A stretch of DNA of 64,000 nt from Iphione sp. A-MEVVRFRX5 (GCA_976226885.1 OZ320315.1:52762001-52826000); one strand, 5' to 3'; counted from the stretch's first letter, positions 49,201 to 62,620 are shown. The notes: a model not told the origin generated them from the letters alone. Translations and numbers: made by a program.

Positions 49201-51534
49201 GGTCTTCAGAAATTGGCAGATGCAGGTAAGTAGCATACACGTGATACAGCTGTTTACGGGGAAGCTATCTTCCACCTCTAACATGACTTCTTCTGCACAT
49301 AGAGACTACTGTCTTCTCCGGATAAGCTTTGAAACATTGAAGTTGACGAGCCTAAAATGAAGAAATAAAATACCAGCTTTAGTACCATTACTGAGCACTA
49401 GGTGTCTCCCTGACAATAGTACAGGTGACGCCACTGCAAAGAGTATATCCCATAGCCTCTTTTCCTTCAGCATTCACCGGTGGCAGACGTGCCTTTAGTG
49501 ACTCGGGACTTTTCCTCTATTTTAGTGGAGTTCTGGGTCTTTTTACATTTATTTTTTGTTTATTCCGTAGTCATTCTTTTATTGTTGCTTCTGCAAGGTT
49601 GGTAAGAGACGTCCTTTATATTTTTGTGTAAATGGCTACCCCTTGATTACAAGATGTGTCTTCAAATTTATTACAGACTGGCTCAGCCGAACTCTGTGCG
49701 GAAGATGACAACAGTATTAGGGAGTACCTGTGCATCCAAGCCTATTTGGTACGTATATTCATCATAGACGGACATCTTGTGTTATGTATAATGTCTATGT
49801 TTACATATCTTTATATATATCAAACTTTTATGAAATCAACCTTTCTTTTGTACAAGGTTTGAGGATGGAATCCAAAACTTGTACATACCATTAGACTTGG
49901 CATTATTAGCTTTAAATTTTTGGACGTTAAAAAAAAGTTTAACGTTTTCGGGATATCCACTCTCCTTCAGGTGCAAAGATGTCAGCTCGAAACATTTAGC
50001 TACTCCACAAAACTAAGAACATAAGACACCCAACCAGCAGAAGTTTAGCTACTCCGTATATATTGGTTGGCATATAGGATAGAATAACTTGGCAACTTAT
50101 GAAATCACCTCGAACCGTTCCAGTAGTGCAGCAGTAAGTATATAGTATAGAATATAAATATAAAGACTTGATTGCAGGCGGCCCACGACTCATTTAACGA
50201 CTGGTTTGAGCATTATCACAACATGAAACCCCAGAAGCCTGATAAGCTCACATCGAGCAACTTCACCGAACGAGTTGCTCATGAGCACCGGGAAAAGCAG
50301 TACCAGGCCGACCTAGATCGATGGGAGCATGCCCTTCGACTTCAGTCAAAAGTAAGCCGAATCAAATGTTAGCATCGTCTAGAATAGTGGGACTCGAGCC
50401 CTTCTGGAAAGAAGTCCTCTGTGTAGTGTGAGAAAACCATAATATCATCAGCGGTTTGTCAAATACGTTCAACATCAAAGGAATTTGGTGTCATGTATTG
50501 GGAGAAGTGTACATACAGATTTCCAGCAATGTAGCCTACCAATAGAAGATATATTTTGTATTAACACGTACGCTTTTTTTTATTATTCTCCGCAGACAAC
50601 AGTTGAACAGATGTACAATGTCCTTGTCTTCGTTGATGGTGGATGGATGATAGATCAACGTAAAGTACGTATACGAGACTTTAGTACCAGCATAGGACAC
50701 TAGGTGTCTCCCTGTGTGTCCTAATACTGGTACAAAGTCAAGGTCACACTTCACTGTAAGTTCGTGTAACCCACTAATTTTGGTTGATAAACTGCCAGGA
50801 AGATAATGGCTGAACCTTTAAAGAACTAGTCATCTAAATGTCTCCTCAAAGCTCCTTGATAAATCTACCAATGATTTACACGTAGCTGGCCCTGTCTTTC
50901 AGGGTGAGTGCATCACAGATTATTTATCTTCCTGTGTTAATATGGTTGCAGGACGCCGCCGTGGATGAGTGCCGCACCCATCAGATGAAACTGTTGCGGC
51001 AGCTGTGTCTGCCTTCCTTGTGCTACCTCCTGCACACAGTGCTGCACTCTACTGGCGACTATAAGGAGTGCCTGGAGCTGGCCGACACGCTGGCCTCAGA
51101 GCAGCACCAACTGTATAAAGTAAGATGTAGCTTATGATCTTTTTTTTCTTTTCTTTTTTATATGGACTATCACTAGGCGTATCATGGTAGAAAAATACAT
51201 GTACTAGGAATTTCTTTATACCAGTCATGAACTGATGCATTGGGATCATCTTTAACAATCAAGACCTCATTCTTCTGAACCAGGTTGATTCTGAGTGGCA
51301 TCTGGTGTATATGTCTCACGATGTACGGCCTTTCTTTGATAATTTTAGGATTTTTCTTGGTGTATATTATTATTTTTTGCCGCTCATGTTTGAAGTATAG
51401 TTTATTCAAGTTGGAAATTATTACATTTGCAGGTGTTCCAGCGTTCAGACCTGCAAAAGTTCATGCAGAAATTGATGGAGTCCTCCATCCAGCTCCTTGA
51501 TAAAGGCGTGGACCCATTGGGTTATACTGTCTGA
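34264..51534 (+). CDS. NUP107: Nuclear pore complex protein Nup107; 27 exons, 2934 nt, 977 aa
   Basis: Exons: 34264-34335 (least certain), 40622-40707, 40800-40918, 41119-41208, 41654-41745, 41965-42027, 42259-42328, 42454-42610, 43178-43313, 43470-43541, 43791-43882, 44095-44173, 44520-44633, 45253-45429, 45807-46012, 46234-46282, 46557-46626, 46850-46968, 47247-47382, 47957-48114, 48611-48713, 49137-49225, 49677-49748, 50178-50351, 50596-50664, 50952-51119, 51433-51534. All introns are GT-AG and the phases close into one ORF. Nup107 motifs: [108 protein letters not shown] at 51724-51729. Confidence 0.96.
35211..35627. mobile_element. Palindromic MITE-like element in NUP107 intron 1
   Basis: Left AGTCGATTTGTCCCGC and right GTGGGACAAATCAACT are near-perfectly inverted. 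Repeated TTTGTCCC/GGGACAAA submotifs and internal TTAGGGTTAG tracts. Confidence 0.7.
36174..36350. mobile_element. Tc1/pogo-type MITE, 177 bp, TA TSD
   Basis: TA|CAGTGGAGTCT...AGACTTCACTG|TA with imperfect TIRs and repeated TGGTC motifs. Confidence 0.8.
36700..39880 (+). mobile_element. Degenerate DIRS-like relic (more distant subfamily) in NUP107 intron 1; boundaries approximate
   Basis: Remnants in order: RT ([19 protein letters not shown]), RNase H ([31 protein letters not shown]), MT ([16 protein letters not shown]), YR ([36 protein letters not shown]). Many stops and frameshifts. Confidence 0.8.
40919..41118 (+). other. U12-type (minor spliceosome) GT-AG intron, NUP107 intron 3
   Basis: 5' splice site GTATCCTTTC. 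Branch site GCCTTAAC at 41102-41109, ~10 nt before the AG, with no polypyrimidine tract. Confidence 0.9.
43072..43140. repeat. (CT)n-rich microsatellite in a NUP107 intron
   Basis: Directly visible. Confidence 0.9.
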
Positions 51535-52380
51535 AGCCAGAACTTTGTATTAGAAAAAATACTATGTAAACAGTATAAAACAGAGAAATCTTTTTAAAAG
51601 GTTTGTTAAAATAATATAAATTGATATGTAAATAATTGTTGTACTGCCAAGGAACTCCTGTGTAGTAACTATGAAACTGTGGAAATGCTTTTTGTATCTT
51701 AAACTATAGATGGAAATGAATTCAATAAAAGTTATCGAACCAATATTGTGTCCTGCTTTTTGCGATGGATGCAGACCATCAACTGCGAAGATACCCCGAC
51801 CCGACTGAAGCCTCTTTAGAAAAAAAATTACACAAATGGAACCATTTCAAACAGATACATGAACTTACTCTTAGAAAGAACATACAAATGCCTTTGTTAT
51901 GGTTGTGCAGTTTTCATGTCATATCAGAGCTCAAACCGAATACATTGTAACATTAGTTTGGGAACAAGGTAAAATGGTCAGTCAGTGGGAGGGAGAGGTT
52001 AGCAAATAGAATCTTGGGAGGAAAACACCCAGGCAGCATAGTCAGTGGAGTTAACTAGTGTTGGGGAGGCCTGCAAGCAGTACGGCCAAGAGGGTTAGTG
52101 TGACCAGCCGAGCCAGCACAAGCACATATAGTGGAAGGGCGTGGCTTGGCCAGCAGCCCGGCAAGAGGTTGCTGGCTGAGGGTGGTCGTCGTTATGGTCT
52201 GGGGGACATCGCTCGCTGCAGTGATAAACTGCAATTGTAGCAGCAACTTTATAATGAGATCGTGAGAAAATGTGATCGTAGCAAAACTACTCAGAATATG
52301 AAGAATTACACATTTACTCTGCAGATAATAGCTGCAATGTCAGCTAGTTTTAAACAGTCATCTCCCTTTCATAAATGCTA

Positions 52381-55300
52381 ACTTTAGTACCAGTGGCAGA
52401 CCCCAGGTGTCTTTCTGAGGAGGTCCAGGTGGTGCAGCGGTCATCTGTACTATCTATGAGCACTTTTAGTTCAGTTGTCACAGTGGTGAGACATGCTCTA
52501 TAGGCGCTCCCTATTTCTACTCTGTTCTATTCCATTCTATTCTTGTTTTTCCTTTGCTTGCCTCAGCGTTTCTGCCATTTCAATATGGACTCAGTTGATC
52601 TGAGAGGGGTTGGAGATAATAGTGTCACTGCTTCCTCTACTAGGTCATCTCATAGATCTATGCAGAAAAGTCCAAGATGACTAGCGACTCTCCTCTGAAG
52701 AGCCCTGCTGTTCGGTCATCTGTGAGGAAGCAAAAATTGGTGAGTGACTCACCCTGTAGGGGAGAGCCCTGCGGAAATGACAGTAAACACACTGATTGAC
52801 TCCACAAAGGGCCAGGTGTCATTCAAAGAAGCAAAGAAATTGCTACAGGTGCAAACTGCCAATTAGATGCTAATCCCTTTGATTATGCACCCTTTAGAGG
52901 TGTTGCAGAACAAGAGACCATAGCATTGGGGATAGCACAGGATGATTGTGTTCCAATGAAGGGAATACAATAGATTACCCCAGTTCCTTCACTTGGGTCA
53001 GCTGGTGTCGATATCCCTTCAATGACCATGTACACTGTTTACTGGCATATCTTCTATTGCTTCTCAGCCAAGGTTGTGTATACATGTAAATGCTCCAGCT
53101 ACTATCTCTAAAGCCCCTGATAGTAGCAGTGGCCTGTTAGGTGCCTTGGGTAAGTTTATACAATTTTTTTGCAAAAATTGCAAGAGCAACAGATAAACTC
53201 AGGGGTAGCTCATGCTGGCATTATCGGCAAATCTTCAAGAACAGTTTTCAACCCTCAAATAGAACATCTCAGTGGGGTTCAATATGCTCTTCAGTGAGTA
53301 AGAAGAAGCTGATGATAATCTCCCAGACAGGGAAGATGTGAGCTCCATGGCCTTCATTTCTTCAGAGGTGGCATGCCAGGAGGAGGCAAATTCCTTGCTC
53401 TCCTTACTGGCACAGATAGACATGGAAGCCAAGGTTGGTCTGGAGTTGTCTAAGTGTGTTCTCAGCCTCACTAACAAGGTCTTGGAGCCACTGCAGGCTC
53501 ATTTTCTGTCTGATATGCATAAGAGGCATCTGATGCCCTTAAACACCTTAAGTCTCCACAATTTTAGACTCAGTGAGCCTTTGTGGTATAATCTCTCTAA
53601 GGAGGCCAAGGACCATGGGAGGGCCCTACTAATCGGGCAGGGCTTGAGCACCAGCATGACTGCCACTTTGAGAGCTCTTCATTTAGTTGCACAATATGAT
53701 ATGAGCATGGCTTGGGTGGCTGACCATTAGAAGATCTTGGTTGATTCCCTAGTCTTGAGTGGAGCAGCCGTTCAGTCACTTAATAAGGTTAGGAGAGAGG
53801 AGATAAAGCCAGGGCTAGCCTTCCACTTTATGAAGTAAGTTACAGAGGACTGCCCCTATTCATCCAAGTTGCTTTTTAGTAACAGCCTACTTATGGCAGC
53901 TGAGATCAAGGATAATACTTAGCTCATTAGCCAGCTGGAGTTGAAATAGGGGCAGCCCTCTTCTTCTGTCCCAACAAACCTGCTTCTAAGGGGGGGGGGG
54001 TCTGAGGCAGGGGCAAAACCGGGCCCTGCTTCACTGGCAAAAGGGGATTTATGTATCAGACAAAGCTAACACAGCAGGGCCAATTCCACTACTAGTCCAT
54101 CTAGTACAACCAGCCCCAGGGAGTTAGTGTGCAACAACAGCCACAGAGGGGAGCTCAGCAGCAAAAGATTCCACTGCCTGTGGTGAGAAAGTAGAATTTC
54201 TTGCAGGCAGTCTGGTTAACTTCAGAAGACAATTGGCTAGGTCAACTTCTGACAAGGAGGTGTTGCAGGCCATCTTAGGCTACCAGACCTAATTTCTTTG
54301 CCCTTTCAAGAGAAATCTTCGAAGCAGCACTCACCAGCCCACCAGCTGACTGGAGGGAGATGTTTGGTTTACAAATCAGCCGAGTGATACATACTAAGCT
54401 AGACTTCAATAGGGATCTCTAGGATTTATTTTTATTAATCATGAAAAATTTTCCCTTAAGTCTTCCCAGTTTAGTGTCTTCCTAGGTTATTCTGTTGATT
54501 CAGTTCATATAGTAGTCACTCCTACTGTTTCTAGGGTGACTAAAGTCTCCTCACATATTCAGTGTGTCCTAAGCCAAGAAGTCAACATCATTAGGAGTGT
54601 GGCTGCAGTTTTAGACAAAGTAGTTGACCTTACCAGGGCCTCAATGTATTACAAGAATTGAGTGGAGGCCTGATGAGAGTTCTCTCCACATTAATATTTT
54701 TTAGATGATGGCAGTTTGGTTGGCATTAAAGAGTTTCTTAGCTGATAACAGATTTCACATTAAGCTGCTGTGTGACAACACCACTGTCATATGTTATATT
54801 AATAAGATGGGAGGAGCTAAATGTCCCCTGACCCATAAACTCTAGTTGTTCCTTGAACATATGGATGCTTTTATCACTGCCTTTCATATTCCTGGTGCCT
54901 CAAATGTGCAAGCTGATTTTGCCTCAAGACACTCTCAGGACAATATTGAATGGTGTATTAGTCCTTTCATTCTCAAGGCAATTGTGGATTCATGGGGCAC
55001 TCCTGATGTAGGTTTCTTTGCCTTAAGGCTTAATCAAAAGGCCCCTAGGTATGCCAGTTTGCATCTAGATCCTGAGGCTATCTTTGGGGATGGTCAAATT
55101 GTTAGTGTCCTTACATTTGTTCTCCTTTTCCTTTGCTTCCTAGGTGCATTGTCAAGTTGGTAAAGAGCAAGCTGAAGTCAGCCCTTGTAATAGACCCTGT
55201 CTGACCTTACAGGGCCTAGTTCAGCTGACTGCTGCAGATAGCCTCTGCACCCCCTCTAGTGTTCAGAAAGTCAAAGTTGGGGAGGTAGCTCAGTTGGTCA

Positions 55301-56758
55301 GAGTGCTGAGTAGCACTAGTCCACTGAGTCAGAGGTTACAGGTTAAATACTGGGCCTGGGACTCTTGATCATGGCCAGATGAATTTACTGTAGCTCCAAG
55401 CCAGAGTGGTCTGCAACTTGTAATGAAAGGTATAGGTGTATAGGATTCTGTCACTTATGCACAAAAATACCCCAGGAACTTGGTTGAAATAAGAGAAGGG
55501 GGGGCAACCCTAGGTATTCTGGTCTCTCAGTTCTCAATAATAGATGGTAGCATGCTACCCCAGGAGGATATGGAAGAACAGCGAAAATAATAGCTGAATA
55601 TCTACTTCCTGGTTAAAGATACAATGAAAAAGAAACCACCCTAACATATCTGGGCAGACTTAGGGGCTATTAGAAGTATGGCCCTTCTCTGTTGAATGCA
55701 GTCCTCAATGACAAAAATTCGTCTGTCTCTATGAAAGCAATTATACTGTGTTTTTGCAGACCAAAGACAAGATTGGTTCATGATTCCTACTTAGGTGGGA
55801 TACTTTATTTTTCCAGAAAGATTTGGATCCTCTGAATCCATACCTTAGACAGGCCATGCTGTTCCTTAACTTGCTTAATAAGGGTACTAGATGCAGTGCT
55901 CTGAACACGGCTAGGTGTGCTTTATCTGCTGTCCTCCCCTTATTTGAGGGGTTTGCTTTTGGGAAGCATCCTGATATCAGGTTGCTCACTGGTTTCTTCA
56001 ACATGAGACCTTTGGTAGCTAGGGCTGGCTACACCTGGTATCTCTCAAAGGTGTTTAACTTTCTTAAGCTTTGGTTGCCTTTGTCATCCTTGTTGCTTAA
56101 GAAGTTGACTTTGAAGTGCAACATGCTTCTTCTTTTGGCCACTAGTGGCACTAGTGGGATGATAGTTTGCAGATAGTCTTCACTAAAACTGTTATGCAGT
56201 GTAGGAAGGGCAGATGTGCTTCTAAAATCAAACTGGTGCCTTTTGAGGCTAGCCAGATATTCATGAAGGAATACAGTGCTAGGACTGTATCTCTCAGAGG
56301 TGGTAAAGGAGATGATTCTTTATTTCATTTTCTGATTGTGATGAGTCTGTTTCTTCACCCACTTTGGCAAGGTGGATTAATATCTTTTCTGCCCATTCCA
56401 CTAGGTCTGCCTCTTCTATATTGGCCAAAATTTGTTTTTTATTTAAAAGGATATTCAGCTATAGGCTGTTCATTCTACCTCAGAACCTCATGGCTTTGAA
56501 GTGTCAGGGAGATACCTAGTGTTTGTTATTGGTAGTTAAGTTTGTAGATTACATTACCTTACTAGACTTTGTACCAGTGTTCAGACACAGGTGTCTAACT
56601 GGCTGCCTCTGCCTTTTGGACATGTAGTTCCTTCAGTCTCTAAGGTGTCTCTTCTTATCCTATTGCTGCCTTTCAGAAGTGCCTATAGATAGTACACATG
56701 AGGGCTGTGGCCCACCTGGACCTTCTCCGTTCACTGGTAAGTTTATGCAATCTACTAA
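52381..56758 (+). mobile_element. Degenerate but end-to-end DIRS1-like copy related to the 16257-21753 element
   Basis: Left terminus ACTTTAGTACCAGTGGCAGACCCCAGGTGTCTTTCTGAG is 30/39 identical to the intact copy's left end. Remnants: gag, RNase H/MT (FHIPGASNVQADFASRHSQDNIEW), YR (SALNTARCALS...FGKHPDIRLLTGFFNMRP...KLTLKCNMLLLLATSG). ICR near 56505-56612 and right end TTCACTGGTAAGTTTATGCAATCTACTAA. Confidence 0.88.
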
Positions 56759-57554
56759 TTAATGACCTAATATATAAGTCAGGAGAGGGAGCAAGGATTG
56801 GCGTTCAGTCAACTTTAGTAACCAGATAGAAGCCATGTCTTTGGCACATGCACTGGTTGTGTGTGTCTCTCTGTCCCCCCTTCTCTCTCACTGACATTGA
56901 CACACTTTGGAGAGCAGCCAGTGATAGAGCAGCTTGGTGTGGCCTAATCAGGTCACCACATCAGGAACTAATGAATCAGCAGGAGGGAGAGAGAGATACA
57001 TGTATTCCTACTCACCCTAAAAGCATAGACCCTCATATCATGTGTTTTTAATGCTAGGCCCTACCCACTGTCACCAAAAGTATATGAATAGCCTACTCCA
57101 GACGTAATCACTTTCACATACTTAGTAATTATATTGGTAACAAATCTATAGAATAGGTACATAGATACTATTTGACTGGTGTCTTGGTGGTGATAAACTT
57201 CTTACATGTCCAAAGGTAAAACATCAGTCCCAAAAGTAAAGGTTTGTGATTCATTCCTTAGCTAAGGCTCTACTTGTATGTGCCACATCAGGCATAATGG
57301 CACAGGTAGGCACAGTTGTACACAGGTAAATTACACACAGACTGCCTCAGATTTCCATAGGCCAGCACAACCATCCACAGCCATGCATAGTAAGGCATAG
57401 GCTAATACCGTCATGTGTAGATCTACATAGTTAGGCACAGCCTGGCGCTATTGCTCAGTCCAGATCTTTTGCCCCAGGCTCACACAGGATAGCATAGCCA
57501 TTTATTCCACCTCAGGTACATTTGCAGAATATCTGTACCTGAAATCACCTCTGT

Positions 57555-58640
57555 TCAGTTTCCCAGCACAATATATATGTATGCAGATGATGTCACGATA
57601 TACTCGTGGGGGACAAATGCATTGGCCCTAGCCCGGAAGGCACAACATACTCTCACACGAGTTGCTGGTTGGTGCAAAGAAAATGGGTTGGTCCTAAATC
57701 AGTCAAAGAGTAAGTACATGTGTCTCTCTAAGGCTAGGAACTTAGACCTGGATCTTGAAATTGGTGGTGTAAAGATAGAGAGGGTAAGAAACTTCAGCTT
57801 CCTGGGATTTCATGTTGATGACAGGTTGAGATTTGACATCTCTGTGGAGAAGAAATTGAAGAAGCTGCACTCAGCTATGTTTCTGTTGCGTAAAGCCAAA
57901 GGGCTATTGAGTGTGGGTATGAGGTTGAATGTGTTCAAAGCTTTTTTCTTGCCACACCTTGACAGGGGGATTTCATTTGAAAGTGGAGGCTCAAAGCAAC
58001 AGCTTATGAAATTACAAGCTTGCTTGGTTAAAGGGGTGCGCTGCTGTATTCTTGACCGCTGGGCACCCACACAAGTGGTAGAAGAGAAGATGAGGGAGCT
58101 GGGCATTATGTCAGTTGGTCATAGGATATATTATCAAACACTGTTGTGTACTAGGAGCCTGTTGTCATTGCAGCACCATGTTGTATCCCCTGCAAGGACC
58201 ACGAGAGGTAGTGCTGCTCCCCGCCATCTGACACCAAAGCCACGATGTGGAAGGTACCTGAAGAGTTTTTACTATCAGGGATCGTCCTGGTGGAACCGGT
58301 TGCCACCTTCCGCTCGAGCCATGAAGAAACAACAACTTAAAATCTTCCTGCGGAAGAATACAAGAGACGCTTTGAAGTAATCAGGCTACTGTGCCGTTTG
58401 AGAGCCCTGCTGCTGCAGATCGGTGCAGCAGAAATACTGGAAAGACACTACTCATGATCTCATATGACACTTTTGTTTTTTTGTTTTTTTGTTTTTCTTT
58501 CTCTCAGTTGTCACTAACATAAGAAAAATTTGTACTGTATGAATTATGCATGGGCAGCTGTGTTGAGCCCACTTTGAAAATCCATCCAGCTAGGGTGACA
58601 TTTGTGCTCAATAAAATCTTGAATCTTGAATCTTGAATCT
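57555..58640 (+). mobile_element. 5'-truncated L2/CR1-group LINE; intact RT C-terminal ORF 57577-58380 plus 3' UTR and tail
   Basis: YADD, LVLNQSKSKYM, FSFLGFHVDDRL, SFYYQGSSWWNRLP. The 3' tail is AATAAAAT(CTTGAAT)3. Confidence 0.88.
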
Positions 58641-61600
58641 TTCACTGACAGATTTCTACATTTGTTCAGAAAACACTTTCAATAGATTATTTAAATACCG
58701 TCTTGATTGTAGAATATGTTCCCAGTGACAAAAGACAAAATGGCACAATACCGACGTTTTTTTAACACAGGTAGGGACAGTCTTAAGAGGCCTTCTATCA
58801 TTTTTCTGGGTGGAGTAAAGATTAAACCAGCACAAAGTGCTTAGGACGAAGTTAAATACCCCTTCAGGCATTATCATACCAAACTCAGCCTTCTAGCCTA
58901 GTTTGCTATACCAGAACTCCTATTTGACTTCATCCGAACACAATGTACTGTGGTTTTCTCTTAGTACTAATTATACTCACGTATATGAATATACAGTGTT
59001 GGTATGAATAAAGGGCTATACAGAGATGCGTAGCTACAAACAATCTAGCACACTTCCATACAGGTCAGCACGGTCATTATAACGACCTGTGCAGCAATAG
59101 CGTGTGAGGCACAGGACAGTAGTCTGGCACAGGCTTGCATTGGGTCTTGCACAGGTCCTCACAGTCCGGATCAGTTGTGCTCAGGTTAACGCTGGCCAGC
59201 AGTTAGGTATAGGAAATTATTACCAAGTGCAGTCTGTACACGACCAGGTTCAGGTCACTCAGCACTGGGCACAGTTCCAGTATAGATGCACACAGGCTGC
59301 ACAGTTATGCACGGGTCAATACCAGTCATATGTAGGCCGCTTACTAAACATATATGTCAGGTACAGATATTCTGCAAATGTACCTGATTTCCAGCCAGAT
59401 GGCAATGACTTAGAAGATACAAATGATACGTACAAGGCTTCCATGTTACATATAATGTGATGTAACTAAGCTTGAACTGCACTCTGCCTTGTTGAGATGA
59501 AACCTTGTTCCATCTGGGCACCAAGATGGATGAGTTGTGTGGCATTTATGTTGCTTGGCATTGCATAATGTGTCGCGAGAAATGGTATTTCAGATAACTG
59601 TTCAATAGCTTTACCTATGTTATTCTTTTGGGAAGTTGTGTATTACCTAGAGCATAATTTATAAACAGACATGAGTTCTCTGAATAAACCATATCCTGAA
59701 CCTGATCACTGTATGGACCTTCGTTATTCTTTACACTAACCAAGCATGAAACATGTTACTAGATATCTGTACTATAAAAACTATGAATATAAGTGTATAT
59801 ACTGTGAGAGCGACAGCCTGGAAATATCCTAATGTGTAAAGATCATAGCCCAAAATCTGTAAGTTCACTGAGTACAGAAGGGTCACTGATTACACAAGTA
59901 AGTTAAATTATGCATAAACCCCATAGCCCGAAATTCAGTAGCCCTGGCCCAAACTTTCAGGTTATTTGGTCAGCTTATGGAAATTTCCACCCCTTTTATT
60001 GTAAACTATAATCATTCTGCTTTTTCATATTTGGTTGTGCTGCAAATATCCTGAGAAAGTTAACACTAAAGGGAGCTTGCAGACATTTGCCATGACTAGC
60101 CAATGTGAAATCAATAATATAATGCCATGAGGGTTGTAAGATGGTTGTGTGAAAGAAATGCTTTTTGTCATGGTTGGATTCTGAGTGATGATGAGTGAAT
60201 GAATGACCTCCACTACCAACTACATTTTCGGACTACTTCAGTAAAGATAAAGCATGTACATACATCTAATGGTAAAGCACAAGCTTAGATACTTATGAAT
60301 AGAATGATTAAATATAGTGTTATTAAAATCTTACAAAATGTGTTGGGTGGTTCTGTGACAAAACAAATTGCCTTATATACCTGGGCAAGACTAAGTGCTT
60401 AAAAAAGCAGCCAATAAGCATTAAGTATTGTTAGGACAGGCAGGCAGTTGTTGACCCAGATAAGCATACAATGTGTAAACTGTGCCCGTGACTGCTGGTT
60501 CTAACACTATGGATGGCACTGCAGCAACAACTTGTTTGACTAATTTATTAAAGAAAAGATCCCAGCACTCCAGTGTAGTACAAAGCCAACACCACAAGTC
60601 AGGTTTGATATCAGCCTTTTATTCTTCTCAGTAACTAGTACAACAAGTCAGCATCTCAACAGCAGCGGAAAGTTTTATGCACATCAACCAGATATAAATA
60701 TTTATTACCTGTCACATTCACAATAGGTCATAAAGGCTCAGGTTAACATGATGTCACTAGCGCCTAGCATCCAGCATCTCATAAGGTATCATTGATAAGA
60801 TCTGCTTACTTCACATGATGACTCAACATGAAAGACAATGGCTTTAACACTGTTTTAAGTCTAGTTACATTCAACACTGATAAAAAGAATTTACACAAGG
60901 GAACACAAGTTCCTGCGAGACAAACAAATTTTTTGTCCCGTAACACTTCTATCTGTACACTGTACATAACATAACATCATACCAATACCGTTTGCTCTAA
61001 AGCATAATGTCGCATTGACTTATACATTGGTTGAAACATTATATAATATTACCCTGTTAAGAATATTGTTTCTAGTGACACATCATCACCTTTACTCAAA
61101 CTGTTACACCAGCAACAAATGATATCAAACGTATTTGATCAACCAATGCACAAGAACAGATTCAAGTAAATGGAAAAGATCACTCAGACACATTATTTTT
61201 CCTAAATAAAACATCGTAGGAGCCATCAAACATTCTGAGTCCACCAACTTATCAATTGTAGGAGCAGCAACCATACCTAACTTGTAATTAGTTTGAGCAT
61301 TTGCAATCTTCAGTACGTGGGATAAACGCAATATACTCTATCAGAGAGACTCTGAAACCTAAAATATGACACCATTCATAACAGTTATATTACCATGACG
61401 TGACACTTGAATTCGTACAAAAATTGACCACCAGGCTAAAGTGACCAAAAATTAAATTCCTAAAACTTACGTTGAATGTCAAGGCAGTCAACATCCATGT
61501 GATTTATCATGTCCTGAATCCCATAAGTGCTAGTGAGACATCTATCACAACAACAGCAGAGTCAGAGTGTCTACAAAAAATCACTATACTTTGCCTGGTC

Positions 61601-62560
61601 CGTGATAAGTAAGACAACATGAAATTATAAGAGTGATTATAAACATCTGGTTCACTCCACATGCAGAAAATCAAGTTGCTGATGTGTAACTTTCTTGGAG
61701 TGTAAGTGAGAGAATATCTGTTTATTTGCAGAAAGGTACATCTTTATATACTTCTGGATAGTTCATATGACATGGTTATTACATAGGACCTGCTAAAAGT
61801 GACCTCACTGTCACTTCTGATTGGTCACTCCAGTAAGAATAGTGTAGAGGATAATGGAATAACTAGTGGTGTGGTCATGTGATCACCCCAGGTGTATTCT
61901 TATGCAATACCAATTAAGCTATTACATAACAACAATCAACTGCTATGTTGGTTCTTAGCAAGGACAGGCATGTTTCCACTGCAACATGTATAGCCAAACC
62001 TCAATTATTCCATCTTTAATGTATCCCTGACAGGATGTGTCTTCACATTTTACAATAAGTGAGACAGACAGGATGAGTGTTTTTTTTTTAGCTTGAATAC
62101 TGTACAAACGATGTGTGACATAAGAGTGATACAGGTTTTGCTTGGTTGGAGAAGGGTATCCAGGTAGGGATATTCCAAAAATAAAAATTATGCCTCAACG
62201 CAGCATTCATATAATGAGATACAGAATATTCCTTTGTACAAGACATACTATACCAGTCAATAATCTGTTCCCCAACCATTCCTTTTGGTGAAAGGGTAAT
62301 CTAATTTATGGGGATAGGTTTGATATGGTCTGACTGCTCATACAAAAGCTTCAGTACATTCTAGCTGTTAACAAAGCGTAAGGATTGCCGATCATACCAA
62401 CCAACAAATGATTTATAACCGACAATATTAGCTTCCGTGAAATCTTGTCAGTAATAGAGGGTATATTGTGAAAACTAAAGGATCCCTTTTGAACTAACAA
62501 AAACATATCTGGATCCTGTTTTCTTAATCCAAATGGTTCTGAAAGTCTGTTAATGTGAAG

Positions 62561-62620
62561 TCAGTAGCTGAACTTCATGTCAAGCAGCGTGCGCCAAGGT
62601 AAACGGAGGTAAAGAAATTC
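62561..62620 (-). CDS. Candidate terminal coding exon of an unidentified gene lying beyond the window end
   Basis: Acceptor TTTATACCAACAG, then EFLYLRLPWRTLLDMKFSY-stop, followed on the minus strand by ~2 kb of AT-rich, TE-poor sequence with several AATAAA. No family recognised. Confidence 0.3.
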   Translation of the reverse strand, partial: EFLYLRLPWRTLLDMKFSY

